Positions 62,683-64,000 of a DNA stretch of 64,000 nt are shown here, piece after piece. A program made the position numbers and the translations under genes. The notes under the pieces were generated by a model. That model saw nothing but the letters and a program-made list of their open reading frames with translations. It searched no databases and was not told the origin of the DNA. The stretch covers positions 1 through 64,000 of the forward strand of contig MCFE01000444.1 in NCBI GenBank assembly GCA_002104905.1, given 5' to 3'. Numbering within the stretch: the first letter of the stretch is position 1; every line of letters starts with the position of its first letter. Source of the stretch: Basidiobolus meristosporus CBS 931.73 (lineage: Eukaryota > Fungi > Basidiobolomycota).

Positions 62683-64000
62683 TTCAGCATCTCTAGAGCC
62701 ATCCTCCACCTGTATATCCGCCCAGCTTCCTGCAAAACAATCTCTCTGGCAATGGGCCACCCTTCCTTGATCCATTTTCCATACTTGGTAAATGGATGAT
62801 TTACATATCACCTGTACCATACCCAATCATGCGAGCTAGTCCTATCTTAATCGATTCAATAAACAATGTTCCAATGATACATCCCGAGTTCACCCGCGCA
62901 CCATGAGCAACGATTTCGCGGCTGCCCAGCCTTATCGCCTCACATGTTCCAATCAACGTCACACACCATTGTAGCGGTTGTTTCACTCCCGTCAATCATG
63001 CCAAATCGCCGTATATAGAGCATAGATTAAATGCGAACCAGGTTTATTTTGGCTCAATCAGGCTGATTCTATTGTTCAAGCCGATGGAAACCTGTTATCC
63101 CCCGCTATTGGCAGGATCCAGCAACCAGCCGAGAGTATGTCATATGATGGAATGGCATGGATGGGACCATCGGTAAAGTCACATTTGCCTATGCTGATGG
63201 ATTTATGCGGATCTCTCGAGCACCATCCATGCGGCGTCCAACATGTGCCCTTTCGGAGGACTTAGGGATCCGTTCACTGATGGAAGGCCAATTCCATTCT
63301 GGAATCGCGGGAGCGTTAGGAACGGTGTCCGTGGTGAAATCAGCTGTTGCCGCGCTATCTAGGTAAACATCGGGCATCATTGCCACGAAATCTCGAAAAG
63401 ACCATCGTACTCCTGACCACTCTGCGCTCACTCTACCCATGGGTTGAAGTCCGGGGGATGGCCATTGTTATCACCAGTATCAGCGGCATCCGTAGATAAT
63501 GAATCATCGACCTGGTGCCTAATCATCGGCTGGCAGGGCAGATATTTGTTAGAACTCAAACTGCCCCAACTCTATTGGACCGACTAAACTATGGAGAATC
63601 CTGGAAGTGAATGGACGCAGGAATCCATCATATTCCCTGCTGGGTGGGCGACTTCGAGCTTGAGCAATAGGGGGCGGTCGAACCTCATAGCAAACTAATA
63701 ACCAACCCGAACAGGAATTGTGTAATCGGGTAGAAGCAAGCTACCGATGGTTCATGGCTCCGTTGGCGGTGTTGGGCCAAAACGCTCAAGGGCGTTCTTT
63801 CGAATCCGGAAATGGTTCAGATCCACCTCCCCTCCCTTCATATTTCATCGGGATCTGGCTGCTATCTTTAACAGGATTCTAAAAGTATGTACGCAGCACG
63901 TCGCTGTACGTCTGTTGGATTCCATCTGAATGCTCAAATGTACTAGTACGACCTTAACTTGTGTCTATATCGCCTCACAGCACATGTTTCTCCCTGTAAA

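Noticed and set aside
62801-63929. Short ORFs downstream of the transporter
   Set aside because: No recognisable homology or gene structure.
1-64000. CRISPR arrays, rRNA or tRNA genes
   Set aside because: The DNA is eukaryotic with no repeat-spacer array. I could not see a cloverleaf or rRNA signature by eye; tRNAscan-SE or Infernal would be needed to exclude small RNAs.

Overview
Eukaryotic, intron-containing DNA, most likely fungal (short GT-AG introns with CTAAC/CTGAC branch sites). The gene content suggests an early-diverging fungus, which is an inference. The window has three zones. (1) 1-11 kb is a CpG-normal gene block: a very large Ki-67/RepoMan-like protein on the minus strand that runs off the window, Gemin2, a CASTOR/GATS ACT-domain protein and an unidentified spliced remnant. 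The Ki-67-like protein has an N-terminal FHA domain, two PP1-docking motifs, four ELFxTP-type repeats, an acidic middle and a basic tail. (2) About 11.1-58.3 kb is a ~47-kb gene-free, CpG-depleted block of nested LTR retrotransposons: at least three Ty1/copia families, two Ty3/gypsy families, orphan LTR families and one unclassified repeat. Much of the nesting order can be reconstructed from 5-bp target-site duplications (TSDs), and the block includes a very young but defective copia with identical LTRs. (3) 58.3-64 kb holds a GATA-site-rich upstream region and an intronless Mep/Amt ammonium transporter of the Glu-His type. Family names CopA/B/C, G1/G2 and D/E/F are working labels of mine. All alignments were done by eye, so coordinates of degenerate elements are approximate.
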